A stretch of DNA of 64,000 bases from contig OX638155.1 in assembly GCA_951804945.1 (NCBI GenBank), positions 28,768,001-28,832,000 on the forward strand. The letters are read 5' to 3'. This stretch comes from Podarcis cretensis (Eukaryota). The notes beneath the pieces were generated by a model. It was given only the letters and a program-made list of their open reading frames with translations. It had not been told where the DNA came from and searched no databases. Below, piece by piece: positions 36,165 through 49,272 of this stretch. The position numbers and the translations under genes were made by a program. How positions within the stretch are numbered: the stretch's first letter is position 1; each line of letters opens with the position of its first letter.

Positions 36165-38481
36165 CTGAAACACCACACAAGTATCAAGTAAAAAAGCCAT
36201 TGTGAATTTCACAAAGTAAAGGTATAAGCTGTCAGCAGGAGCGCTGAAATATTTAACTCTCGCTGCTGTGCAAAAAGAAGACACAACTGCTGAAGGGTGT
36301 CGCCATGATTACTTATATAAAGCAGCTAAACATACTGGGCATGGCACATTATTGAAAACGGCACATTTTCCTGCCCTTGGGGTTGCATCTAAAAAACCAT
36401 GGAACAAAAGAAGGGACCTGGGATGAAGAGATGAAAACATGCTATAAACTAAAACGAAGTAAAAGGAGTGATAATAAAACCTGAAAAATATAATCAAAGG
36501 GGAAGGAGTTCCATGCCTTAGAAGCTGTAAGAGAGACAAAAGTGCATAGCTAGAACGGACAGCTTAATAGGTTCGATGAATGGAAGGACCAAGGAGGAAA
36601 ACAGAGAGAAAGCAGGAGTAGAAATGTGAAGTAACGCAAAATAAGACTCATGGGGCCAACAGACGATGCCAGTGAGGATAAAAACACAGAAGAGAAATAT
36701 ACAGAGGTGTAACATGATTGAAACACAACCAAACAAAAAGTTAAATGAGCAGAAGAGCTGGGAATGGAGAGAAGAGTTTTAAGTGGGGAGATCGGTGAGG
36801 GAAGCATTACAATAACCCTTGCAACGTAAAAGGGAGAGTATAAGGGCTTAGGTAGAACCAATTGATCAGAAGGTGTGTGTGTGTGTGGTGTTTTTTTAAA
36901 AAAAGTATTATAAAAGAGAGAAGCGACAGACCTCAGCTAGAGCAGTAATGTGAGCCAAGCAAGAGAAAGAAGGATCAAAGATAATGCCCAGCCTCTTAAC
37001 TTGCTGAGAAGACTGAAGAGTGAAGTTGCTGACTGAAAGAGAAAGAGAAGGGGAAAGGTGATTTAAAGGTGATAACAAATTCCATCCTTTGTATACAGTG
37101 TTTGCGATAATGATCCAACATCCCAGCAGAAGACAGTTGGAAGCATTAGACAGACTGGTGTTAGGAGGCAGTACTGGCTCTGAAAAGCAGGTGCTGGAAG
37201 CACAAAACAGGGGAGGGCCCTTGCCTTCATGGCCAGCTTTAGGTTTCCTGAAGGCACCTGGCTGGTCTCCCTTGGAAACAGGGCTGCTGGGCGAATGAAC
37301 ACTCAGGCTGACCCAGCAAGGCTCTTGAGATGTTTTTTTGTAAGGGGGAAGAGAGAGAAAGGAACACAGCGAGAAAGAAAGGAAGAGAAAGGCAGAGTTG
37401 GACGGCACTGTGTAAGAATTTCAAGAGCAAGAGTCAATGCCAAGGAAAGGATCTAAGGACTGAGCTCAGCAGACACCAGTTCAGAGAGGAAACTGAGAAA
37501 GAAGAGTGCCATTAAAGGAAGCTTTAAAATGACAGGTCACAATGGGAGGGAAGCCAAGAAAGGAGAGTTATCAACAAACCCCCAAATAACGCCGAGGACT
37601 AAGGAGCAGAGAGGGATCAACTGTATCAAAACATGAGGCAAGATCAATGAGAGCAAGAGGATTTTATATAGGGCCGTCTCAATAGAATGCAGATGTTGAA
37701 TACCAGCCTGGAAAAGGAACTGTTGTAAAAAGAAAACCTGGGTGCTGTTGTTCAAGTACTTTGGATAACAAAAGAAAGATAGAAATGGAAAGGAGGTGAG
37801 GGGTTTTATTTTTAAAATAAAAATGGGGAACCACGGGGCAGGGTTTACCTAACAAGTCCTATCAGTGGAAGCCCTGAGCAAGGAAGCAACAGGGCACTTG
37901 TGCAACTGGGCTCCCCCCCCCCTCCTGTCCTGCCCTCAAATAGGCTCTGGGGGCATTGGGAGAAGACACAGCAAGTTTAAAGGACAACAGGGAATGGTGA
38001 GAAGAAAGGTAAAGGCTGAAAATAGAGCAAGATTTATACGATACCCTGGTTTCTCTTCAGATCGTATAAATAGAATTATAGAGGAAAGAACAGATGGAGT
38101 ATTTGCTGTGGAAAAAAGGAAGGAAATAAGGAAGAGGGGAAACTGGGTCAAAAGGACTGAAGGAAGAAGAAAAGCAACAGCAGGAAATGAAAGCAGAGAA
38201 GATGGGTAAAAAATAGTGATGGTAATAATGATGATGAAGAATACAGCCAGAACTAGAGAGTAATGCAGAATGAAGAGCACAAATCAATAAGCTGTTGGAC
38301 AAAATTATTACAGGAAAAACTGATGAAGGGACAGCAGAGGAGAAGGATAATGATGAGCATGAAGTAGCAAACCCGATGCTAATCAAGTCAAATTTGGCCC
38401 AGGGGCATCCAGGAGCTCTGACCCAGAAGCAAAAGGAGCATGAGAAGGAAGAGAAGAAAGGCTAAGGTGCATGGAGTAAAC

Positions 38482-38617
38482 CAGGCATAGGCAAACTCCA
38501 TCCCTCCAGAAGTTTGGGGCTACAATTCCCATCATCCCTGTCTAACAGGACCAGTGGCCAGGGATGATGAGAATTGTAGTCCCAAACATCTGGAGGGCTG
38601 GAGTTTGCCTATGCCTG
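38482..38617. mobile_element. hAT-type palindromic MITE
   Basis: 17-bp perfect TIR CAGGCATAGGCAAACTC; TSD gagtaaac/gggtaaac. Confidence 0.85.
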
Positions 38618-39122
38618 GGGTAAACGTTGCAGCAAGAGCAGCTCCTGTTCACTGCTCCATTCAGTCAGCCAGGCCCTCTTCCACTCTGTTCCCTCGTCTC
38701 ACTCAGTTTTCTCCCATCAGTCAGCATTTGTTGCCTACTAAGCAACAAATGTAAGCTGTTAGTCCCCTTTTAGGGTTTCCCTAAACCTGCAGCTATTGCA
38801 GGGTGATTTATGTATTTATTGAAACCCCTTGTTTGCCTGCCTTTCCTCATCAAAAGCTGTGCATGGGTGGCGTTGCTTTGGCGGCATAAGCAATGGCATT
38901 CATAGCCATTCGTAGGGAATGATTAGACAAGGTCTAAGATGCAAACAGCAGAATGGATGGGAGATGCGAGAAGTGAGAGTGGCAGAAGGAGGGAATCTTG
39001 AAGACAAGAGAAAATGCCGAGCAAATTTATCAGAATGAGGGTTAATTTGTAAAGTGAAACCAACAGGAATAAGAATTGGAAGGGAAGAAAGGAGGAAAGT
39101 AAGCCAGTACTGTACTCAAAAG

Positions 39123-39255
39123 TCATAGAATCATAGAGTTGGAAGAGACCACAAGGACCATCGAGTCCAACCCCCTGCCAAGCAGGAAACACCATCAGAG
39201 CACTCCTGACATATGGTTGTCAAGCCTCTGCTTAAAGACCTCCAAAGAAGGAGAC
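39123..39255 (-). mobile_element. CR1 LINE 3' end
   Basis: catagaatcatagagttggaag... is the reverse complement of the CR1 (TTCTATGA)n tail; SPSLEVFKQRLD C-terminus. Confidence 0.8.
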
Positions 39256-40825
39256 AGATGTGGATGAACAGGATGGTGATAAATCACAGCAGCCCACAAA
39301 TTAAAAGGAGCAGTGAAAAGAACACACACAATTAAACTATGGAACTCACTGCCACAGGAGGCAGTGGTGGCCAGCAACCTGAGATGGCTTTAAAAGAGGA
39401 TTAGGCAAATTCAGGGAGGACATCAAAGACTACTAAGGATGGCAATGCTCTGCCTCTGTTGCTGGAAGAGGGGAGAGTGCTCTTGTGCTCAAATTCTGCT
39501 TGTGGGTTTATCACGGGCATCTGGTTGACAATTATAAGAACAGGATTCTGGACTAAATGGGCCATTGGCCTGATCCAGCAGGCTCTTCTTATGTTGGAAA
39601 CAAGAGGAAGAATTAGAAGAGGGGAAATCAAGAATCTGGAGCAAGCAAGAAGATGAGAACAGATGACTTGCCACTACAAACTTCAAGGTGGGAGGAGTGA
39701 GAAAAGACTAGTGAATGACTTAAGGCAGAGCATTCAAGGCAGCAGTCAACTGGAGAGAGACTGGAAGAGCAAGAAGAGAGAAAATTCAGAGGAAGAAACC
39801 AAGTAGTGTGGCTTATTCGATAGCTGCAGGAAAGTAAATGAGAATGATTATCAAGGCAAACCAACAACATGACAGAGAACTTAAACTAAATTAGGATGAC
39901 GAGGGCAATGTGCAGTAGGGCCAGCACTGAGAGCAACACTACCAGCTAACCAGCATGAAATAAGGGGTGGGGAAATGGAGACGTCAGAGAACAGCAGTCC
40001 AAACACCCTTGAAAAGCAAAATTGCAAACACTTCACACAATGGCCTGGATCCAGACGAACAGCACAATCCTACCCAGGACTTTACCCAGAAGTAAGTCCA
40101 ATGGAATTCAAATGGGCCTATTCCCAGGTAAACGGGGTTAGGATTACATCCGAAATCCATTACACTTTGTAGCTCCATTGAAATCAATGAGGACAGTTAA
40201 GTTTCGGCAAGTTTAGATCCAATTGATTTCAGTGGGTTTAAACCCACTGGTGTTACTCAATATTTTTTAAGGCAGGCAGAACACTTGTCTGCATTGGTTT
40301 CAACAAGCATTTATTTGCCCCCTTCCAAACTTGCTCTCGGTTTAGAAAAACAAAATGAAAATATTGATTTAATTTTAAAAAAACAAAAAACAAAAAATAA
40401 GTATCAGACTTTCCTTCCAATGTCATGTGTAGTTTGTCTCCCAAAAGACCCCGAATACTTTATTTCGTCTAAACTATTAACCGTGCACCCAGTTGAACAT
40501 TTCAGGCTGGGAGAGCAATCTTTTCCACCAGAAAGCTAACAATATGACTACACTCCTGTTTTTATAGTTAGCTGAAGTTGTTCCAACACCCACACACAAC
40601 TGCCTGAAGATGGAAAGAAGGGCTCCATCATCATAAAAGTAAGCTGTAGGGACCCTGCCTTTTCCTTCTTTAAAATAACAAGGCCCTGGTATGGCTATAT
40701 TCCTATTAACCACTCATTCACTTGCCCACAAAGAGTAAGAATCCCTCCTGTGTAAGCACTTTGCTACTTACTGTTTCTGTAACAGATAATTTGTTTGATT
40801 TTGCTGTTAACTGTCCTGATTTTTA

Positions 40826-41034
40826 CAGTGGTACCTCGGGTTACATACACTTCAGGTTACAAACTCCGCTAACCCAGAAATAGTATCTCGGGTTAAGAAC
40901 TTTGCTTCAGGATGAGAGCAGAAATCGTGCAGCAGGAGGCCCCATTAGCTAAAGTGGTGCTTCAGGTTAAGAACAGTTTCAGGTTAAGAACGGACCTCTG
41001 GAACAAATTATGTACGTAACCAGAGGTACCACTG
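40826..41034 (+). mobile_element. MITE family A, copy 5
   Basis: TIRs and TA TSD. Confidence 0.85.
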
Positions 41035-41337
41035 TATTTTTAAGTTATTTTTTAAAATGTGGAAAGGCCGGGTACAAAGGTTTTAAATGAGTAAATAAGC
41101 TTCCCTGTGACATACACACAGGTAAGATAAATATTTTGTGGGCAGGTTCCAGCAAAACAAGCAAGGCACCAGAATTTTTTTAAAAAACCGAGATGTGCGA
41201 ATGGACTGCCAGGAGTATTATACCGCAGAGTAAATGAAGTTAATTGCGGGTTAATGGAGCAAACAGCGTTCTCCCATCATAGATGTTACTGTCCAAGTAC
41301 ATAATGTTCAATTTAAGACCTTGTAAACGAAGCCTAC

Positions 41338-41453
41338 CTTGCCGATCTTGGCAGTCCCCGAATTTTCAAGGTGCTGGGCCAACTGCTCCCAAGTTGGCGC
41401 CAGGGCCTTGCAGTGGCCACACCAGGGGGCAAAAAATTTGATAAAGTGATTGC
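41338..41453 (-). CDS. TXNDC5: TXNDC5 exon 5 ([38 protein letters not shown])
   Basis: tttttag acceptor, gtaggc donor; 116 nt; second WCGHC. Confidence 0.96.
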
Positions 41454-41835
41454 CTAAAAACAAAACAAAACAAGGCGTATGTAAATAAACAGCACTCAGT
41501 TCACTCATTCCAGCAGTGATTAAGTGTCTGTCTTTATGCAGACAAACAACACTTGAATGTGTACTGCTACCCTTTGCCATGACTGGGTTTCCATTCTCAA
41601 GAGGTGGGGATCCTGATCCCAGCATCACACAGCTGCCCTGTGTAAAGCAGGGGGCTCGCTCCCACCTGTAGCTCCCAGTCACTTCCTCTATACGTCCCCT
41701 AGCATAACCACTTAGAAACCTTGGTAAGATAAGCAAGGTAACCTTGCCTGACATTCTTCCCCAATCCCCTCTCTACCACACTGCACTCAAAAACTTTATG
41801 CAGCACTTTTCTTTTTTTACCCAAGGCTTCTAAAG

Positions 41836-42197
41836 GTAAAAGGTAAAGGACCCCTGGACAGTTAAGTCCAGTCAAAGGTGACTGAGGGGTTGCAGAGCTA
41901 ATCTGGCTTTTAGGCAGAGGGAGCCGGCATTTGTCCACATGTGGCCAGCGTGACTAAACCGCTTCTGGCGCAACGGAACACCGTGACGGAAGCCAGAGCG
42001 CACGGAAACGCCGTTTACCTCTCTGCCACAGAGGTACCTATTTATCTACTTGCACTGGCATGCTTTCGAACTGCTAGGTTGGCAGCAGCTGGGACCGAGC
42101 AACGGGAGCTCACTCCGTCGCGGGGATTCGAACCGCCGACCTTCCGATCAGCAAGCCCAAGAGGCTCAGTGGTTTGGACTACAGCGCCACCCGTGCC
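41836..42197 (-). mobile_element. Sauria-type SINE (variant subfamily)
   Basis: Homologous to the other copies; TSD caaggct(t/a)ctaaag. Confidence 0.88.
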
Positions 42198-43105
42198 ACA
42201 AGGCTACTAAAGCATCTTGATTCCAAAATGTTTCCTCTAAAACGTCATCTCCTCTGAGTCTTGCAGGCCTCGAGGTTATCAGCAGGTGAAAGGTTATCAG
42301 CAACTGATGGCCTTTTGGAGTTCTCAGTGGAGAAAGTTTGTTGGAGGCGCCAGAACAACAAGGATGGGAAAAGGCCTTTCCTTGAACCACTGGTCTCACT
42401 GGGTCTGAAGAAGGCTCAGAGCAATCTCCATCTGCCCTGGAAGTATGTTGCCAAGCATCAGGTCCTGGGTAACAACAGGATAACAGCCGAGTTCTGAGGA
42501 TTACAGGTCATCTTAGTAAGCTGAACGTAGGCCTTTTGCCTCCATAAGGACACAAAAAGAGCCAGGCTGGATCAGCCCAAAGACATCTAGTCCAGCATTC
42601 TTTTCTTACAGTGGCCAACCAGATACCTATAGAAAGCTTGCAAGGAGTACTTGGGTGCTCACAGCCTCTTCGCTTTCCCCTTCACACAAACCAGTGAACA
42701 AGTCAGGAAGTCTTTGGTTGCGTCCGAACTGGGAAACTATGGTTAATAGCTTGGGAACAATGCAGGGCATGATGCCAACTTCCAACCACGGTTTCAGGCT
42801 TGCTCTGAAACCATTAACTAAAACCTTCCTGATTTCATAGAAACACAGAAGGGAATACCAGGGGCATCTAGTCCAACCCCCCTTGCAATATATGATATGA
42901 ACATTCAGAACATGGCAAGAGTCATGAGTTTGCAATGCTTGAGCTGTGACCCAGGAACTCTCAAGATTAAATCTCATTTCTGCTACACAGATTCATTAGA
43001 TAGATTATGGGACACTGTACCACTGTTACATAAATTTATTAAATATAAAGAGCATTTTTTTTTTTAAAAAAAAGGAAGGATTTGCAGCAATAACTATCAA
43101 GTTAC

Positions 43106-43202
43106 CTTCTGCAACGTGCGTTTTGAAATTAGCTGATGTGAGCTCATATAGACCCTGCTTCGATTCCGGGTCTTTGGGAGACTCTGGTTCAGAATCTTTC
43201 TC
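43106..43202 (-). CDS. TXNDC5: TXNDC5 exon 4 (EKDSEPESPKDPESKQGLYELTSANFKTHVAE(G))
   Basis: AG/GTAAC boundaries; 97 nt; KQGLYEL motif; not in the ORF track, read manually. Confidence 0.93.
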
Positions 43203-43582
43203 CTATCATACAAAGGAAAATTAGATTAACAACGCAATTGTATCTCAAGACAGACACAGCTGGTTATATAGCTGCATGCATAATGAAACCGCAAGTATAA
43301 ATTTGTGGTTATACTCACAACTGCAAACATGACGATACTTGTTCGAATTTTCAGATAAAAGCATACACCTATAAGCTAACGTGCTGTATACACATTTGTA
43401 AAACTCATGCCATCCATCCAAATGTAACTACTACTTGCATGGAATTATTTTCCCCCAAAGGTAAACACACCCACACCCACATGTATATAATGTATGTTAT
43501 GTCTGCAGATCAATAAATTTTATTTTCCTAGAGCAACAAATGAGAGGCAGCCAACTTTCAAGAAAAAAACAAAGCAATGCTG

Positions 43583-43601
43583 GCAGCAGCAGCAGCAGCA
43601 G
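43583..43601. repeat. (CAG)n short microsatellite
   Basis: Read directly. Confidence 0.85.
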
Positions 43602-44131
43602 CACTGAGGGCATGTTGTGGGGCTGCAGGGTGAGTGAGTGAGCGAGAGAAAGTGTGTTTGTGTGTATGTGGAGCTCTAAGTTCAACCAGTTTACTTCCTT
43701 AGCCCACACCTAACCAGGAGAGCTTGCATTTGGTTCAGTGTAGGAATGAAGAATAAAAAAATAGTAATACCCACATTCAGCTACCATTTCCCTTCAATGT
43801 GAACGGCATTGGTTTTTAAAAACATGGTCATTATTGATGGCTGTTCATCACTGCCCAGCTCAAATTATTAGAGGAAGAGGTAGGATAGCACAAGGCCCCA
43901 GACCTTCAACTTGTCCAATTTTAGCCACATCGCGTTCCTTCTTTATTTTCTAACACATTACCTAAGGGGGGAAATGCAAAACGTATGGCCTTCTGGCTTT
44001 CTATGGGCTCCCCTTATAGTTCAGTAACTGATATGCTGTATTTGCACTCTTTTAAAAACAAACAAAAAACCATTTGAATTGCATTTTATTTTGTGTCTCC
44101 TGAAAGAAGGAAGGACTCTTTGATCACTTAC

Positions 44132-44237
44132 AGCAGGTTCTTCTTTTAGTGTCTTCAGCATCCAGTTCTCCAGCGACTGAAAGTCTCTAGGTCCCTGGTA
44201 TTTTGCAGCTTCTTGGCCTGGTCTGAGCAGTTTCAGG
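44132..44237 (-). CDS. TXNDC5: TXNDC5 exon 3 (LKLLRPGQEAAKYQGPRDFQSLENWMLKTLKEEPA)
   Basis: AG/GTAAGT boundaries; 106 nt; in frame. Confidence 0.95.
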
Positions 44238-44699
44238 CTGCAAATACAAGACAACAAATGCAAATGTTTTTAAGGTCATGCAATGTCGAAACATTCTGAA
44301 AACAACTGTACTTTTGCCATCACGTTCCAGCTCAAAGAACCTCCCTCAGGGTGGTCTCTTTAATCCTAATTTTTCACAGTTGTGTTGATTTCAGTAGCGT
44401 GGCATTAGGCTTTCCAAGGCCACAATTTCTCTGCAAACTTTCAAAAAGACTTATGAAGACAGCTTCAAATCTAACTGTGATGGAGATAGTCTGAATGCCC
44501 TTTCACTGCCGTGAAAACGTAACAGTACCACCTTCTGTACCCAAAACAAACTATTTGCAATGCGGGAGGGAAAGGGCTAGATTAGTGCCTGTGACGTCAC
44601 TAGCATATCTGCACATCCACCCAAACAATTCATGGAGCAGTTCTGCAACTGCTTTAAAATTGCTTGTGTTGCTTTTTCTTGGTAATGTCAAGGGCAAAA

Positions 44700-45063
44700 A
44701 AAGGTAAAGGACCCCTGACAGTTAAGTCCAGTTGCGGACGACTCTGGGGTTGCGGTGCTCATCTCGCTTTGCAGGCCGAGGGAGCCAGCATTTGTCCGCA
44801 AACAGTTTTTGCAGGTCATGTGGCCAGCATGACTAAGCCGCTTCTGGCAAACCAGAGCAGTGCACGGAAACACTGTTTACCTTCCCACCAGAGCGGTACC
44901 TATTTATCTACTTGCACTTATTTGGCGTGCTTTCGAAGTGCTAGGTGGGCAGGAGCAGGGACCGAGCAACGGGAGCTCACCCCGTCGCGGGGATTCGAAC
45001 CGCTGACCTTCTGATCAGCAAGCCCAAGAGGCTCAGTGGTTTAGACCACAGCACCACCTGCGT
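44700..45063 (-). mobile_element. Sauria-type SINE
   Basis: Homologous to the other copies. Confidence 0.88.
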
Positions 45064-46658
45064 TTACTAATATAAACTCTGCTTATATACACACACGTAT
45101 ATATTTGAGGACAGCATGCCTGACACATAAAGGGACAGAGCCAATCGCATGTTTAAACTTGCAAGATATGTATTACAAGCCCAACTGCAAGGCTAGGTTC
45201 TCACACTACAAATAAAGAGCCCATTATGACTACTGCTGAATGTTACACCTGTCTTCTTATGAAACATTTTATATCAGCAGATTAAGAAATCTAAAGTGAA
45301 AAAAATGTTAAGAAACTTAGGCCAGAGGCTCATCACTATCTGCCCATACACGTCGTTGGATAATTCTCAGTAAGTATGAAATCAAGAACCTGCCGACCTC
45401 ATGAAAATTCAGCCTGCCCAGGCTGTGGGTATATACGCCCCACAACAGGGAAGAGCTCATCAAAGAGAGGCTATATCTGCAGAATCATCTAACAGGCTAC
45501 CCTTGCCAAGACGCTTCCAGGGTGTAGTCAATTAGGTTCTTCCTGGTTTAGCAGATGAACACAGGCCTTGGAGAAGGAAACGCTGAGTAATTACTATACC
45601 AGATGAGGTGTGGTCCTCTCACCCCAACCTACCGGAGCAATTCAACCACCTTCTGCTAGCTATAAAACCTTTGCATCACCGTGGCACATTTGCACAGCTG
45701 TTCCTCTTATCCATGCACAGGCAAACATATGGGTGTGCTCACTGCATTTTTCACTAAAACCCAAGAGGAGCAAGGAGGAAACAGAAAGCGCATCAAATGT
45801 TGGAAGGTTTTCAGTGCTAGTACTCCTCAGTCTAGATCCACTGAAGTTTATGAGCATGGCTAACAGGTTTATTAATTTCAATGGGTCTACTCTGAGCAGA
45901 AGCTAGTTGAATACAGACCATTGCTTTTATTTCCTTGTGCAAATATGTATCACTTCAGAATACATAATCCCATGGTACAGTCCAAGGGCACATAAACCCA
46001 TAAACCATGTTGAAGTTAAGCAGGTCTGGGCAGTGCCTAGGAGAGGCATTGGCTGGCTTCACGGTTTTTCCTGCATCATGATTTTTGCCACTGCCTGCTC
46101 TTGTGGTTCGCTGTCCCCTGAATGAGGCAGGTGAGAGATGATCCTGCAGAGTTAACAAGGGCTGCAGGAATCGAGAGAAGCACTGGCTGACTTCACAGTG
46201 TTCCTCACATTGTGATTTTTGCGTAGCACACAGACACACGCATCACGATTCAAGATATATTGCCAGGGTCAAAAAATTATGAAACCAAAGTCACAATATG
46301 GACATCAAACCAGTTTTGGACGATATATTGATATTATCACCTAGCCTAAGTGCCTAGATGGAAGATTTCCCAAGAACCTCATAAATGCTGCCTTGAGTTC
46401 CATAACAGAACAAAGTCAGGATATAATTTAAGAAAATAAAGCAACAATATTAAGAGGGCTTTTTTAAAACAATCACTATGTGATTGCTACATGGGCTGCT
46501 GCTAGGTAGAAGGTCTGTTCACAAAACAGGGAAAAAGAGGATTCTGGTCCTTCCCAGAAATAGAATCTAATGTATAATACACAATACAGTACATTCCATG
46601 CACTTGGCAAAAAAGACGAGCCTGCTGACATTTAGCATTTCACCACAATGCTACACTA

Positions 46659-47012
46659 GGTAAAGGTAAAGGGACCCCTGACCATTAGTTCCAGTCATGG
46701 CCGACTCTGGGGTTGCGGCGCTCATCTCGCTTTATTGGCCGAGGGAGCCAGCGTACAGCTTCCGAGTCATGTGGCCAGCATGACTAAGCCGCTTCTGGCG
46801 AACCAGAGCAGCGCACGGAAACACCGTTTACCTTCCCGCTGGAGCGGTATCTGTTTATCTACTTGCACTTTGACGTGCTTTTGAACTGCTAGGTTGGCAG
46901 GAGCAGGGACCAAGCTACAGGAGCTCACCCCATCGCGGGAATTCAAACCACCAACCTTCCAATCAGCAATCCCTAGGCTCTGTGGTTTAACCCACAGCGC
47001 CACCTGCGTCTC
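46659..47012 (-). mobile_element. Sauria-type SINE about 100 nt from the TXNDC5 exon 2 donor
   Basis: Homologous to the other copies. Confidence 0.88.
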
Positions 47013-47113
47013 TCACTATAAGCACTCAAAAGCAATTGCCCCCCCTCATGCTGGCATGGGCCTAAGGGAGATACACAGAACAATTAACGGATGCAATGCT
47101 CCTTTAAACGTAC

Positions 47114-47263
47114 GTCGGGTACCCTCTGACACTATACTCAGAACATAGTGGCGTATCCGCAGTGCAGTCCACTTTGACGACATAGACCTGTGGATCTTCC
47201 ATACTGTTGTACTTGTCTGCAAGATCATTCCATGTTGGCTGCAGGCGCTGGCAGTGCCCACAC
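47114..47263 (-). CDS. TXNDC5: TXNDC5 exon 2 ([49 protein letters not shown](T))
   Basis: AG acceptor 47265-47264, donor gtacgt; 150 nt; first CGHC. Confidence 0.96.
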
Positions 47264-49046
47264 CTGGAGTAAAAAAGAAGATGATTAATGAATTCATTTT
47301 CCTTTGTTACAGGGATTACTGAGATCATCTGCATATGGTTTAGAATCTCCATTTTCAACCACACTTATCGTCTAACAGAAGCCCGGGGGCTGGGCTTTGG
47401 TCCGATTTCAGGTTTCAGCTGATGTTTCTCAAACCGTGTTCTGGGGAAACACTCAGGTTCCTTGGAAGCTTATTGGTAATTTCAATAATGGCTGGAAAGA
47501 TTCTCTAAAAGATTTCTCATCTCCTCTTACTGATGGGGTGCCACCAAGGGAGTGTATTGGATGCAATCTTAGTTTACGTGAGTTAACAGTGATGTGAAAT
47601 GAGTATATAGCCTAGAACATCCCAGAAACCTCAGCGTCTTGCCGGACTTCCATGAGAGAGAGACAGCAGTTTTCCTGCACAAAACTTGATATGATGGAAA
47701 GGACTCCCAAAATATACAAAGTCTGAAATCACTGTATCTAGCAACTAATGTGCCTCAGAAACTTATTATTACTACTGTTATTAATAATTACTTTTGACAA
47801 ACACTCAGCAGAGTTTTAAGCATTTGTTCTGACATTAGTTAGTTAGTTGTTCAAAGAGATAAAGAGTGAGTCTAAAGCAGCTCTTTGGATCCCAAACATA
47901 ATAATGCTGCTTTGAAGAAGAAGATTGCATTACAACAGCAAACAGTGTGGATGCAGAAAACCGAATCATCAAGTTGATGGGAAGTTCAATCAAGACCATC
48001 ACTGGACAAGAAGCATCAGGTATATTCTGTAAAACCTCCCAATGTAGTGTGGGAAAGGCACTTTTCTTTAACCTCACAATATGTGTCACCCTGATGCTAA
48101 TCCAGGATATCTATAAGTGGTTAGGAGCTCAAGCAGACCAATTCCATCTCCCTCCATTTTCTTCTATTTTTTAAACTGATACTGTCAACATTGCACAAGT
48201 CAAAATTGAGCTGCTTTAGGGCTTCCAAACATTTCTTTTTATTTTACAAAGTACTATCCATTTTCAAAGACTTCCCCCAAGTGTGCAGAAATCATCCCTA
48301 TATTTATAGGTGGCCTTTTTTACTTCCACACTGATTGGTGCAAGACCACACAAGTCTGGCATTACTGTATTGTGCATTAGAGAGATGTGTGGTCCACTCA
48401 TTCATTTCCCAGGGTTCCTTTGTCCTCTTCAGAGCAATTTTGCAAAGGCCAAAACTCACATTACGATTTACCCTCTAGCAAGCTAGCTTGAATGAATTGA
48501 TTAATTATGGTCACAGACCAGAAATAGCAAGCTAGATGTGTACCCAGAAGCATCCTGGAAAAAGAGGGAAGACCATGAACTCAATGACTGGGGTGACTAT
48601 TTGCAAATGTTACAATCAGTATGGGATCATTTGCATACATAGGGAAATTCCACCCCCACCCCACCAAGTGTCCCTCTGGCTACCACAAGGCATATGTGGA
48701 GAAAGACAAAGGATAATGAATCTTTTCATGCCTCAAATATAACACATAATGCAAGTGTGCAACACCTGTGGCCTTCCAGGTGTTGCTGAACTCAAACTCC
48801 TAGCATCCTTGACCACTGGCTATGATAGCTGGGACTGAATAGGACTTGGGAGTCCAACAACTCCCTGGTTTTCCATGTTAAAAGGGACATTTCCCTATGA
48901 TGAAGGTGGGGAAACCCAGATTGCACATCTCATGACAGAAGAAATGCTCACATTCTGCCTTTATAACAATGAGCTGTATATGTGAAGACACCCACAGAAG
49001 ACACCTATTTGTATTGCAGAAAGAGGAATTGAAAACCTCTGGATTA

Positions 49047-49272
49047 CAGTGGTACCTCAGGTTACATACGCTTCAGGTTACAGACTCCGCTAACCCAGAA
49101 ATAGTGCTTCAGGTTAAGAACTTTGCTTCAGGATGAGAACAGAAATTGTGCTCCGGTGGTGCGGCAGCAGCGGGAGGCCCCATTAGCTAAAGTGGTGCTT
49201 CAGGTTAAGAACATTTTCAGGTTAAGTACGGACTTCCGGAATGAATTAAGTACTTAACCTGAGGTACCACTG
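49047..49272 (+). mobile_element. MITE family A, copy 6
   Basis: TIRs and TA TSD. Confidence 0.85.

Larger units (their letters stand above)
36330..39960 (-). mobile_element. Ancient fragmented L2-clade LINE interrupted by CR1/MITE insertions
   Basis: Strong purine skew; remnant peptide LSVSNFTLQSSQQVKRLGIIFDPSFSCLAHI (RT C-terminal LGxIFD motif); boundaries approximate. Confidence 0.55.

Noticed and set aside
36518-38386. Hydrophobic, membrane-protein-like ORFs on the minus strand
   Set aside because: Compositional artefact of pyrimidine-rich decayed L2 sequence in TXNDC5 intron 5.
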